Source: Microbotryum violaceum
Lineage: Eukaryota
Direction: 5' to 3'
DNA length: 64,000 bases
Assembly (NCBI GenBank): GCA_001244265.2
Contig: CDLV01000005.1
Coordinates: 1,054,001-1,118,000 of the forward strand
The notes beneath the pieces are model-generated. The model was not told the DNA's origin and did not search any database. It worked only from the letters and a program-made list of their open reading frames with translations. Positions 12,960-25,050 of the stretch are shown here, one piece after another. Position 1 is the first letter of the stretch; every line of letters starts with the position of its first letter. Position numbers and translations under genes: made by a program.

Positions 12960-13500
12960 ATGAAGTAAAGCTGGTTGGGCGTGTCCAATCAATGGGCTTG
13001 ACCAGGTCCGGGCGTGCTTCGGCAAGTCCTGGACTTTCTTGTCCCTATCACTCGCCTTGCCGATTGATTGGATGAGTGATAGCCACTTTGGGGGTAGTCG
13101 TTGGTGACTGGACGAGACATCGACCCAAGGAAAAATCTATTACGTCTTCTACCCCCCTGAACGCCCTTGATGGGGTACCTCGAGCAAGTAAGCCGATGCG
13201 TGCAGCCATGCAGCCCCCACTCGGTGAGTTGCCTTCGTTGGCAGCCGCCCGGCCTTCGTCGCGCGTGCATACGCATGCATACCGTTGCATGCACATGATT
13301 GCATACGCATGCGCTTTCAGTCCAACGTCTGTGCTGCACGACATTGCACACCTTCGTGCACGCTCCGATCAAATCGGCCTCCCGCGACCTGCTTCGTTGC
13401 GAAAACCTGTTTTCGCCCTTCGCCACCGAGTGCATGTCGAGCCGACGTGGAGTAGGAGCAGGGCAAAGATCACGATTCACGAGAAATGATCACCGGGACA
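12960..13500 (+). ncRNA. Unidentified structured RNA (multi-hairpin, kissing-loop candidate)
   Basis: Consecutive stems at 12971-13005, 13006-13034 (C-UUCG-G loop) and 13045-13082. Loop sequences TCCAATCAAT (12984-12993) and ATTGATTGGA (13063-13072) are exact complements. Further helices at 13090-13097/13149-13156 and 13218-13226/13424-13432. G:U pairs favour the + strand, and there is no credible ORF. Confidence 0.6.
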
Positions 13501-13727
13501 GTACTAGGCGATATGACGAGTCAGTGACGGAATGAAAATAACTGTGGGAGTCTTGGCAGAAACGTGCAAAGACGCAGCGAATGGATTGAAGGGCACGTAC
13601 TACAAGAATGCAAGTAAAGAGAGATAATCACAATTGAGTTCACCGCCAAAAAATACGCCACGTCGTGATGTCGCTCGGAGAATGCACGCCAACTATTGTG
13701 AGCATCCATTTCAGTCTCGTCCCCGAT

Positions 13728-15423
13728 TTAGTACATGAAACGACCCGTACCCCATCGATGACCACGGCTAGAACCTCCGCGGTGGTTCATACCGAAATCT
13801 TCTCGATAAAGCCAAGGTTGATGGTCTGTTGGCAGTGAAAGAATGAAGTACGCTAAGTACTAGTCAGCGTCAAACTAGGGTTGCAAGCAGCCGCCGCCGC
13901 CCAGGCATACGCACAAGTTGAGGTGTCACGGACGGGGCTGATACCCAATGTTTGTCCAAGGTTGACGTAGCCCTCGCTGGCGGAAGCACCTGCACTTTTG
14001 GCAGCCGATGTCGAGCTGTCGACCCAAGGCGCACGGCACATGACACACGTGCTTTTGACGACCCAAAAAAGAAAAATCAGATATCTGCGGTCAGAGGAAT
14101 GACGAAAAGACAGAGAATAAGATTATCTCACTTTTGTTGCCTCGACCATGACCTGAAACACTCGGCATGAAGACCGTTGCCACACGATTCGCAAAAGACG
14201 AGACCTTGAACCTTGCCCGCTTCGTAGTCCTCGTCTGCAGAGTGCTCGAACATGTTAGCACGGCGAGCGAGCAAAACCACAGAGACTCAATCTAAACTCA
14301 CAGCAGACGGGACAAGCATCTCCTTCTTCAGGTACGCGGTTCTTGGACGACGAATCAGGGGCTTCGAGCGCATCGGACTCCTCCTTGCCGACCACTTTGC
14401 GGTAAGCGGCTTGCGCTCGTCGGGTCTGTTCGTCTTGGGGCGTCGGTCGAGCGCTGGCGAAGATCTCTTCGAGTTCAGTTTGGAGGAGAGCGGCTTGATA
14501 CCAAAGATTGGAGCTAGGGTTGACTTGAAGGACTGGTTGGTTTTCGCGGAAGAGCACCCAAATCAGCTCTGGCATGAGCAAACTTTTCGAGGAACGGGAC
14601 CCACCTTTGAGCATGACAAAAAGCTAGAGCACAAGCGCGAGCGAGACTCTGATCAGGATCCTTCTTGTAAGTAAGACAATTTGGTCAAGACTGACAATGT
14701 GTTTGCAAAAGTTGCCTTTCTGCGCATCGGGGCAGGTGCAAGCCGGTTCCGAGTCAATCGTCACGATGTAGACTGTGCAGGCGGCATTTTCAATCAGCCA
14801 GCAGTCCATTGCTCATGATCTGAGCGGCAGAGATTGAACACACCATTGCCTGTTACTTCAAGCGATGTTGAGCATAGGCCTGAGTACTGCGGACTCGATG
14901 ACGAAAAAATAGGCGGACTGACCGGTCGATCCGAGCACGCTGAACTTTTCCGAGGTTGGCGAGGTACGCGTTCTGTCGACGCAGAAGAAGCGTTGGCTCC
15001 ACACGCGTGCTACTCGATCTTGAATATTCTTGGGGCATGCTGGAAGCAGCGGCCGTCATACGCATGAGCGGAGAAGAATGAGCCAGGTCATCCGATAAGC
15101 GCCTCGTTCATCATGTCACTGAGGCGCAGCTGGAGGCGAGCCAGAACACCGGAGGACTAACAGGACCTGAACCTTTTGCTTCGTTTCTCCTGATCGGTTG
15201 CCTTCGGAGTTGATCCCGTCGCTTTGTTGATCTTCTTGCGCGCCTGAGTGTTGCTGGAGCTGGAGCCAGCGATCAGGTTGGATGATGACGACGTAGTAGC
15301 CGTTTGACTGTGTGCGGTCGACGTAGTCGGCGAGTCTGGTTGGTCACGACGACGCTTGCGAGAGGCACTCGTGGTCTGCGTCTGGGTACGTGAGCGTGCT
15401 ACGACGCTGCCTCGGCTGGCCAT
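13728..15423 (-). CDS. SWIM zinc finger and RING finger protein, multi-exon
   Basis: SWIM motif VYIVTIDSEPACTCPDAQKGNFCKHI; RING-like CPVC...FCESCGNGLHAECF...CVMCRAPW; C-terminal GYVNLGQTLGISPVRDTSTY. ATG at 15423; TAA at 13730-13728. Confidence 0.88.
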
Positions 15424-15521
15424 GGGTCGAATTGGGCGTCGGGTGTCTTGGCAGGCTTGAGGCCTTGAGGGGAGGAGGCAGATCCGAGGCGGCGCAAAGT
15501 GGCGAAGCAGACGCACCGAAC

Positions 15522-15568
15522 TCGATTAGCGCCGATTATTAGCGCCGATTATTAGCGCCGATTAGCGC
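15522..15568. repeat. Short tandem repeat (TTAGCGCCGA[TTA]), about 4 copies, in the SWIM/HBS1 divergent promoter
   Basis: Sequence reads cgattagcgccgattattagcgccgattattagcgccgattagcgc. Confidence 0.8.
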
Positions 15569-15711
15569 GCACTGCCCCCCAAAAAAGAGGGCCGCTTGCT
15601 AATACACTCTGCTAATGAAGAATTGGGATCGCGTGCCCGGCAGTTCTCTGACCAGCCAGGCTTCTCTTAACTCCTCCGCTCGTCTCAACGCCGTTACATT
15701 ATCTCACAGCC

Positions 15712-17012
15712 ATGGCAAGTAGCAGCATCCACCGCAGCCGAGACCACGAGCCCATGTACTAATCCGATATTACATCACCATGCAGAGTCGTCATCGTGCG
15801 GTCAAGCAGCTCGATCTCGCCGGTCAGTTGCCAGACGTACAGATGCTGCTGCTCCATCTGTCTCTGAATCAAATACTCATGTAGGCCCGATCTCGTACCC
15901 GATCCAGAGCAACTCGATGATGATGCCATCGACTCGGAAGGAGACGACGCCTATGGTCAGTGTCAGCTGACCCCTGACTGACCCTAGAGTCCTTGTCCGA
16001 GGACTGATCAGGCTATGCTTTTCTTTATGCCTTGCCCAGATATGGACGATGAACAATACGGTCAGCAAGAGATAAGCCATCGGCTGCACCACCCAGCCTG
16101 CTGACTCGGCCCTTGTGACCAATAGCCCACATGGAGTCGGGCTTGTCGGCGGTGCAGAACCTGCTCGGCCCCAACACACCCATCTCGGACAAGGAGATAC
16201 GCGACTCGTTGTGGGACTCGTACTTTGACATTGATGGCACCGTCGCATATCTTCTAGGTGAGCGAGAGCATCGTGCCATCGTCCCTCGGAACACCAAAGT
16301 ATTCTTCCCCCAACACAGATTCCTCTTTTCGGCAGACGCGCAACACAAGAGAGAAGCCGCAAAGGCTCGTGCAGAGGGTGAGCTAACGAGTGCCATGGCT
16401 GTCGAGACCGCCGAACCTCCGACGTCTTCCTTGGCCAATCTCGACATTTCGTCGTCTTTCATTCCACCCACCCCGAGCGCGACGGCAACGGCGACGAAAC
16501 CGCCCATGAGCAAATTGGCGGCCAAGATGGCTGCGAGGAAGCAGGCCGCTGCCGACTCCAAGGGCTCGACACCAACGGAGACCTCACTGGCGCCGGTAGC
16601 CGCAGTAGAAGGGCCCAAACTGTCCAAGCTGCAGCAAAAGATGCGAGCTTCCAAGCAGGCTCGAGCGGCAGCCATAGCGGGGGCGGCAGGTACATCGGTC
16701 ACAAGTGCCGATTCGCCTGCTGTCCCACCGCCTGTAGATACACAGTCGAGGGTGGAACTCACAGTGGCACCTGCGAGTGACTTCGTCGTCCCTCCTGCGT
16801 TGCTTGCTTCTGCTTCCGCGTTTGCCCACGTCCTCGTCCCCCCACCGCCTATGTCGACTGCGGATCGATTGACTCGAATCGAGCAGACCTTTGCGAGGTG
16901 CGGTGGGGCAGAGAATGTGGCAGAATTTGGGCTCAGTCCCGACGACAAGGTGTTGGAGGCGAGGAAAGGGACAGCCGTCGCAGCTGGGGCGCCAATTCGC
17001 AGAAGGGTGTGA
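15712..17012 (+). CDS. SKI7: Ski7-like short isoform of the HBS1 locus (proximal acceptor 16335, terminal exon 16336-17012)
   Basis: Donor 16258 joins in frame to 16336. The exon encodes SKLAAKM and SKLQQKM helices, ASASAFAHVL and FGLSPDDKVLEAR, then a stop. These resemble Ski7/HBS1LV3 motifs. Confidence 0.8.
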
Positions 17013-19008
17013 TGCGGATGGGCGAAGAGGGTCACGCGCCCACACCAGAATGGAGTGCCTGAGCTTTGTCTCGAACAGACCAGGTACTGACTTTTCCCGT
17101 CTGCTTGCCTTTCCATCGTATCTCTTTACCGACGGTCTTCGATTGCTTGCCCATTCTCTTCGTGCAGAGCAAAAGGCCAAGAAGGCCAAAGCAGCAGCCG
17201 CGGCCGTCAGTGTTCAACCCGGTTCGGCCAGAAATTCGCGGCCTTGGACACCCGCGCCTTCGGCTCAGAAGAAGACTGGCACCAGAAACCTCTCACCGAC
17301 GAAACGGCCACCACCAGGTCCGGTCAGTCAGCTTCGAGCGGACCTTGAGGGTCTCAATCTTTTGCCTCGAGATTCTTCCTTGGCGTCATCGACGGGTGCG
17401 ACCGCCGGAGGGTCCACACCTGGGACCTCGTCGAGGGCCCATACACCTTCAGACATAGACGATGTCGAGATGTCGGGCCCGCCACCGGCGATCGCGATGG
17501 CCAAAGACAAGATCTTGGCCGAGGTGCGGGAACGAGAAAAGGACCGCAAGCCCGTGTTGTCGCTCGTCGTCGTGGGCCACGTCGATGCCGGCAAATCGAC
17601 TTTAATGGGTAGGGTATTGCACGAGTTGGGCGAGACGTCGGATCGGTCGGTCGAGCAACAGCAACGAAACGCGGCCAAGATCGGTAAAGCTTCTTTCGCG
17701 TATGCTTGGACGTTTGATGCGATGGAAGAGGAGCGTGCGCGAGGTGTCACCATCGACGTCGCAATTGATGGGTTCGAAACAAACAGCAAAAAGTTCACTT
17801 TGATCGACGCGCCTGGTCATCGGGACTTTATCCCCAATATGATCTCCGGCGCTGCACAGGCCGACACGGCTGTCCTCGTTGTCGATGGTTCAATCGGAGC
17901 TTTTGAGAAAGGCATGGAAGGTGGGGGACAAACTCGAGAGCACGCAGTACTGGTCAGGAGTTTGGGGGTTCAGCAACTCATTGTCGCCGTCAACAAACTC
18001 GATGCGGTCGGCTGGGCCCAATCGAGGTTCGAAGCGATTCAGGAACAGCTCTCGCCATTCTTGACACAATCGGGCTTCCAGCCCAGCAAAGTCTCGTTCG
18101 TGCCCGTGGGAGCCATGTCGGGCGAGAATCTGGTTGAGCGACGAAACGAGATCTTGAAGGCATGGTACGAGGGGCCGACATTGGTCGAGCAACTGGATCG
18201 ACTGGAAGTCCCATTAAGAGCGCTCGAGGCACCGTTGAGGATCCCGGTATCGAACGTGTTCAAGGGTCAGAGCGCGACCGCGTCGGGCTTGGCTGTCTCT
18301 GGTCGAGTCGAGAGTGGGATTGTGCAAGTGGGTGAAAGACTGTGCGCTCTCCCTGGTGATGAGAGTGGTGTCGTACGATGTGAGCAAAATCGATGCTAGC
18401 CGAGGATTCTGAAGGGATGCTGACGCTTGTCCGATCTCAGCGTTGGAGGTCGACGGCGAGCATGTCTCCTATGCGATCGCAGGAGTCAACGTGACTGTGT
18501 TCCTCTCCAACATCGATCCGATCCAGATTTCCGTCGGGTCTATCCTATGCCCGCCTTCAGAGCCCATTCCCGTCGTCTCATCCTTCCTCGCCCAGATCAT
18601 GGTCTTTGACGTCAAGTACCCGATCACGGCCGGCTATGCTGTCGAGCTGTTCCACCATTCTCGAGATATTCCAGCGACGATCACGACGCTCGAGGCGACA
18701 CTTGACAAGGCTACAGGAGCGGTGCTCAAACCCAAGCCGAGGTGACTTGGATATTTGTGCTCATGGACATAGAAGTGCCGTCACCTCCATGCTGACCGTT
18801 GTCTTATCTTACTCTCAGGATGCTCACCAAAGCCTCGTCGGCCAAAGTCCGCGTGCAGCTACGTGCACCAGCAGGAGGATCTGCTTCGAGTCGAAGAGCA
18901 GTGATCCCACTCGAACCATTTGCGGTCAGTAAAGGGATGGGAAGGGTCTTATTCCGTCGTGGTGGCGAGACAATAGCGGCGGGAATCGTGCTCGAAGTGG
19001 GACCTTGA
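15712..19008 (+). CDS. HBS1: Hbs1 translational GTPase (long isoform using distal acceptor 17167)
   Basis: N-terminal MSRHR and HBS1_N domain (EIRDSLWDSYFDIDGTVAYLL). G motifs GHVDAGKSTL, RGVTID, DAPGHRDF, NKLD. EF-Tu-like domains II and III end in RRGGETIAAGIV. Stop at 19008. Confidence 0.95.
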
Positions 19009-19317
19009 AATTGCAGCATCTGCTGCAACGTAGCATGATGTTTGGGGTAGATGGACATAATGATGTTTAATATTTTATATAGATCGGCGCTGAGGAGAGA
19101 TTCGAGGATGATACCCTTCTCAGTTCCTGTATCGTGTCGAAGCGGGCGAAGTTGATAAACTGAAAGCTTTGGATCCAGCCGCGGCCAGCGACCACTTTCC
19201 GTGATGCCGTTAGCAGTCCGCCGATCGTCAGCTGTCAGGTGAGGCGCGAATGGCGCAAGGCTCCTCTCCCTGTCCTGCGACGCCTGTTCCCTCCAAGCCA
19301 TCACAGTGTAAAAAGTG

Positions 19318-20987
19318 ATGTCCCTTCCCTCTGTCACTCTCAAAAGCGAGCGCTTCTACCCCTTGTTCGAAGCGAGTGAACTCGAAGGGCTACGATCGAC
19401 CTTGGCGCAATGTCGGACCGCCTTGCCGGCGCCAACGTATGCGAGCACCCAGGCGAGCAAGGACGGGAAAAATTATGGAGTCACGTCCGAGTGGATGAGC
19501 AACACGCTCCAGTACTGGCAAGAGTCGTTCGATTGGTCAGTCCCATGCCGAGCAGCGCTCACAAGGAAGGCCAGACAGCCGCCAGGTGGCAGTGTGGGGC
19601 TCCGGCCGGGCGAGCTGATATAGGCCGTGCCTGGGGAATCCAACCGCAGGTCCAAACGCGACAAGATCATCAACTCGATTGATCACTACATGACCACCAT
19701 CAAGGATGATGAATGTGGTCCATTCAAAGTCGGTCCACTATTCTCGGCCACGACCTGAGCGGCTTGCATAATTTTCCTCTTTTTGCTCACAAGAAGACGG
19801 TTGCCTTTTGAAAGGTCCACTACATCGCTCACATCTCACCTGATCCGAATGCTATCCCTCTGCTTTTGCTTCATGGCTGGCCCGTGCGTTGCTCTCGATG
19901 CTCTGGGCAGTTATCGGATCGATCCACTCACTGACGGCGGGAGAGCACAACTCTTCGCTCTTGAAGCTTGAATAGGGATCGGCCCACGAGTTTACAGAGG
20001 CAATCAAGATTCTCACCCAACCCTCATCCGCTTCTTCTGGACCTTCCTTTTCCATCATTTGCCCCAACCAACCGGGGTATGGCTGGTCCTCCGGCCCGCC
20101 GCTCGATCGTTCCTTTGGTATGTACGACGTCGCACGGATTTGCCACTCGCTGATGCTCGGCCTCGGGTTCAAGTCCTACGTCGCACAAGGCGGCGACATT
20201 GGTTCTGTCATTGCTCGTATCATGGCCAGCCGGTACAAGGAATGTCGAGCGGTGAACCTGAACTATCTCCCTCTCCTCCCTTCCTCGGGTCAATGGAGCC
20301 CAGGATGGGACGATGGACTCACGCCTCGTGAAAGGGACAATGCGTCCAAAGCTCTAAAATTCGCAACGACAGGTCGTGGGTATGGGACCATGCACGGTAC
20401 TCGACCCGCCACGATCGGTATCATCGTTCAATCGAGCCCGACGGCGTTGCTCGCCTGGCTAGGTGAAAAATTGCTCGAGTGGACGGATGAGGATCTGGAG
20501 CTGGATCATCTGTTGGAGATCGTCACGATGTGGTGGCTGTTGGGGACGTTCCCCAAGTCGATATATGCCTATGCCGAGGTCAGTCCCTTAACGTGTACCG
20601 CTGCATGCAACTGAATCAAAATCTGGGTCCCTTCCGGAGAACTTACGTTGCTCTCGATGACACCGCAGCTCACCACCGGAGTAGGAGGCTGGCATCGTGA
20701 TCCCAAATTGTACATCCAGCAACCCTTTGGGTTCTCAAGCTTCGGTCACGAGATCGCATCGGCTCCCGAAGCTTGGGCCAAAGAGACGGGACGATTGGAG
20801 TTTTATCGCTACCACGAAAAGGTAGGATTGTTCCCTCTTTGAGTCGTGGCATGACGTTTGCTCATCTTCACCGGTATTATGTCACTGTCTTGCCTAGGGT
20901 GGCCATTTCGCTGCGATGGAACGACCGGAGGAATTTGCACAGGACATGCGGGATTGCTTCGGCAAATTATGGCACCTGGAACAATGA
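19318..20987 (+). CDS. Epoxide hydrolase (microsomal/EHN-type alpha/beta hydrolase), multi-exon
   Basis: Motifs YGVTSEW...YWQESFDW, PLLLLHGWP, PNQPGYGWSS, YVAQGGDIGS and GGHFAAMERP. TGA at 20985-20987. Confidence 0.92.
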
Positions 20988-21259
20988 AAGCAGGGAGAGC
21001 AGTGGTCAAAGGTAATCTCGGTATCAACACGACTGGATACGTTTCTGCAAGACTACATGTGGTGACTGCATACGACAAGGGCGCTCACAGACTGGGAGAC
21101 AGGGGATGCAGAAGACAGAGCATTACTGATAGTTGTCAAGAGGGAAGAGATCCTGCGTCGTGAAGGCGTCGAAACCGAATGCTACATCGGCATACCTAGT
21201 GAATGATAGACGATCGAGATCAGCAGGATGCCTTCTTTATAGCAGACATGACGCAATGC

Positions 21260-24200
21260 TTACTCGGGTACCATCAAACCTTGGAGGTCGAAGTTGAGCG
21301 CGAGATCGGTCGGACTCCAGCTTGTGGCTAGCTGTTCATTCGCAGAGCTGTAAATACGAGATTAGGCTCAGTTTCGGATTGCACGGCCGACGTAGACACG
21401 GTGGTACTCACTCGCTCAGAATAGCCGAAGGCACTTCCCCGTCCCAGCTGTTGACACCTGTTCCGTTCTTGTGCTGAACGAGCAAGCTCGAGGCAGGCGC
21501 CGAGGAGGTGGCCACCGCATTAACACTTATAGGCGTCGTCGATCCCATCGGTGTATTGTTCGTCGAGCTGGTACGATCACCTCGTGAAGAAGTTCCAGGC
21601 TCCAGCTTCACGTTGCGCGACCAATCATGAGGTCGGTCGGAGAAGATATGGTCGGCTGCGTCTCGTGGATTCGAAAGCCCCATTGCTGCGATCATCTCCT
21701 TCGGTGCGCCTAAGCGCTCAAGGAGTTGACCAAAGCTGCGAGGAGGAAGACAGGAGAAGTGCTCTGAGGTCAGCATTGCCAAACGTACCGGTGCAAATGT
21801 TAACCTACGATTCGACGGTGCCAAGATCATCCCAATGGCCACCTGCGGCTACTCTGAACTCGGCGGCGCTGCGGCGCTGTTCGACTTCCTGTGACAGACG
21901 TGCTGCGAGAGAGCATCGACCAAAATATCTCTCAGTTTACCGATTTGATCCTGAACGCTATCTTCCGCCTTTGCAACTCACTGATGACGCTATGAGTCTG
22001 CGTAGCGACATGCCTAATGCTGGCTTCCCTCGAAGTTCTCAGGCGTTCGAAGTACCCGACAACACCTTGGATGAATCGATAATCCTCTCCCTCAACGACA
22101 GTTCGGGTGAAGTCTTGCCAAATGGCGAGAAACAGAACTGTGACAGCCATCTGAACGGCGAGCGGTTGGAATGCGCCCTTGACGGGTGGTGCGCGATCCA
22201 ACGATTGCTGGCACATCAAAACGGTTCGAGCTCCAACGATGGCGTTGTCCGTCGAGATGCGGTACTTGAAGTCGGTGTAGCCGCGATACATGAAGGGTCG
22301 ATGCAGTCGGACGAGGCGCGAGTTGATGGCTGTGCAGGGCCCAGATGGTGCGATTAGTTTCACAGGGGCTTTCGAGCGCGTGAGAAGCAGGTCTCGGCAA
22401 CATACTTTGTAATGCCATTGATCTTGACCAAAGCGTCGTCAACGGCTCCCCGAAAGGGGCCACGTAGCTTGGCAAGTAGCGCGTCGGAAAGGAATCGATG
22501 ATCTCGCGATAGCTGCGATCGAGATCAAGGACGGAAGAATAGCTCAGCGGTCCCTCGCCATGGACGATATCGTTGAAGGCCCTTTGTACGAGCGCTATCC
22601 GCCATTTGATCAAGTCGTACGAAACGTCTGTGGCATCGTAGTATGGCCGAGGTTGGACAATCCCTTCGCGCAGCAAGTCTACGTCCTCAAAATTGCCGGG
22701 TAGAGCCGAGTCGACTGTGAAGAAATTCGAATCTCAGTCTTCGCTCTGGCGCTCGAGGGTGCAGTTCTCACGGACTCACTAAGGTTCGGCGTCATTTCCG
22801 GCGGAAGTTTGTTGGTGCTGACCCACTCGACAAAGAGCAAATTTCTGAGTAGCCTCAGCGCCATCTCGCGACGCAGAGTATGCGCGCCACTCGGCAATCC
22901 CGGGTCTTCGACTGGCATTGTGGTAGGGTCTTCGCCGAGTTTGTGCAAGCCAAGTGAGCGAGCCATGCGCACACCCGCTTGGACATAGGTGCGAAGTCGT
23001 TCACCGGTTCTGTCAGACCATACACACGTCAGAGATACACTTGGTAAGTAGCATGTCGAATCGAGGACTGACGATGGATTTCCCATCCAAAGGAGGTATG
23101 GAGAGAACAGCGAGATCGTCTGAAGTGTACGGTATCGAGGTCTGAGGACAAGCTCGACATCAGACGACTCAGCATCACCGCACTCTTCTCGAAAAAATCG
23201 GAAGTAGTACGAGCACTGACATGACCTTCCACTCTGCGACCTGGAGCATCGCCTCTGCTGCCTCAAAGTACTTTTGCGGCAACGTCATCAAATCCTGCTT
23301 CGAGATGGTGACCGTTGGACTCGTTACGGGTTCCTCTAGGAAATGCACGCTTAAGCAAAGCGTCTGGAAGAAAACGGCCAACCACAACGGATCGATTTCG
23401 TCTCTCCTCCCCTGCTGACACAGACTCTGAAAAGATTCGTATTCGGCCTGAAAGAGCGGGATATGGTGCAGATGCCACGACCAATCGTAGTTGGCGAAGT
23501 AGTTGTGGACGAGCCAGTCGACCAAGTGCTTCGAAGAAGGAACGGTCCGCCAAATCAAGTCGAGCATCGTTCGACGGGCGCCTTCGGCCAGTGGGACGAG
23601 CAGCGACTCGGTAGCACGCGACAGGAGCAGAGGTACGGCATGACCTGGTCGGATGATTGCTTCGGGCGCTCGGAAGCCGGCTGTAGAAGTGACATCGAGT
23701 TCAAAGATCAGTACAAAGGCTACGATCAACAAAGATTGCTTGGACGTACTTGTGAGAACCAATGCAGCGTCCTCCGTGGCAGCATCTCGTTTGCTCGTCA
23801 ACGAGCCGGCGACTACTGGATGATGAGGACCCCTCGGCGGCTCAACTGCCGACACCTGCATAGCTACCAATGGCGCCGGAGTCGGCAGAGGAACATTGGG
23901 CTTCGGAGATGACCGACGCTTGTAGATGTAGGCTTCCAACTCGGCGACTCGAGCCTTGAGAGCATCGTGCTCGGAAGCCAAAGCGAACGGTTGCCTGGTC
24001 AAAGAGCCGCCGCCCATACGAGGCTCAGTCTTTCTCGCCTCTTCGATCTCCCGAGGACCACGAACGCAGCACTCACGGTGGCACAACAATCTTCTTCTCC
24101 TCCCACTGGCACGTGTCGGCCTCTCCGCGTTTGATGCACGCCTCGCAGGGTATATGACGGTCACACTTGATCTTGCGCCTCTGACACTCGCTGCAGCTCA

Positions 24201-24581
24201 ACGCCTGACGGTTGCGTTTGCGCTTCTTCCTGTCCGGCTTCTTGGCCCCGACTCCTGTACCACCATTCCCTATTGAGTTATGCGTCGCTTGTGCACTTGG
24301 ACCGGCACTGTTGTCATGACCATGGCCGTCATCGTCGTCGTCGTCATCGTCCTGCGCAGCGAATCGCCAGCTCGTGTCAGCGCTTGTTGACCAGGTAGAT
24401 CACCGGCCCCTCGTCTCGAGCAGAGAGTCAGACCTACCGAGTCATCACTGGTATTGGTGTTGGTGTCGATCGTCTGCTCACGAGCCTTGACCAGAGCTGC
24501 AGCCGCCGAGACTCGCTTCGCACCCCGCCCACTCGCTCGCTCGCCCGCCGTTGTCGAAGCAGGTGAGGCGTTCGATGACAT
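21260..24581 (-). CDS. Zn(II)2Cys6 fungal transcription factor with middle homology region, multi-exon
   Basis: RQALSCSECQRRKIKCDRHIPCEACIKRGEADTC cluster near 24110-24220. Middle region YFANYDWSWHLHH, VRMARSLGLHKLG, YRGYTDFKY. Confidence 0.9.
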
Positions 24582-25050
24582 GGTGTCCACGACAGCGCAA
24601 GCTGAGGAGTCGAAGTTGGCCCAGTTGGCTCCCAACAGAGCAGTGGCGCGGGTTCAGGCCCCCGTGGTTGCGGTCGTCTGTGGGGGATGACAGCACTCTG
24701 CGAAGGGAATTGTTCCGGTCCCGGCCTCAAAGTCATGCGCACTCACCAGTACCTCTCACTGTAGCCGCGTCAAACTTGAAACTCTGGCTCCCGAGTCAAC
24801 AACGTCCGAAAACTTGAACAGACGGCACCGACGGTACTCGCCCAGGATCTCGGCCGAAGAGACCATTTCTTGACGAGTATATCACATCACACTTTCTCTG
24901 CGGGAGTTCGCTTCTGCATAGACACAGGATCAGAGCCTGAGACTACACGAAATTGTCTTCTTACTAGGGTCGGTGACCAATCACAAGCCGGCGAATGCCA
25001 CCATGGGGGGATCCGCAAAGCGTATATTACGAATGAGCTCTACCACAGTC

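Noticed and set aside
13462-13505. Minus-strand GATCATTTCT resembling U3 snoRNA box A
   Set aside because: No downstream C', B, C or D boxes in the U3 arrangement, and the local structure favours a + strand RNA.
16025-17116. 363-aa antisense ORF over the Ski7-like exon
   Set aside because: Antisense shadow of Ala/Pro/Ser-rich GC-rich coding sequence.
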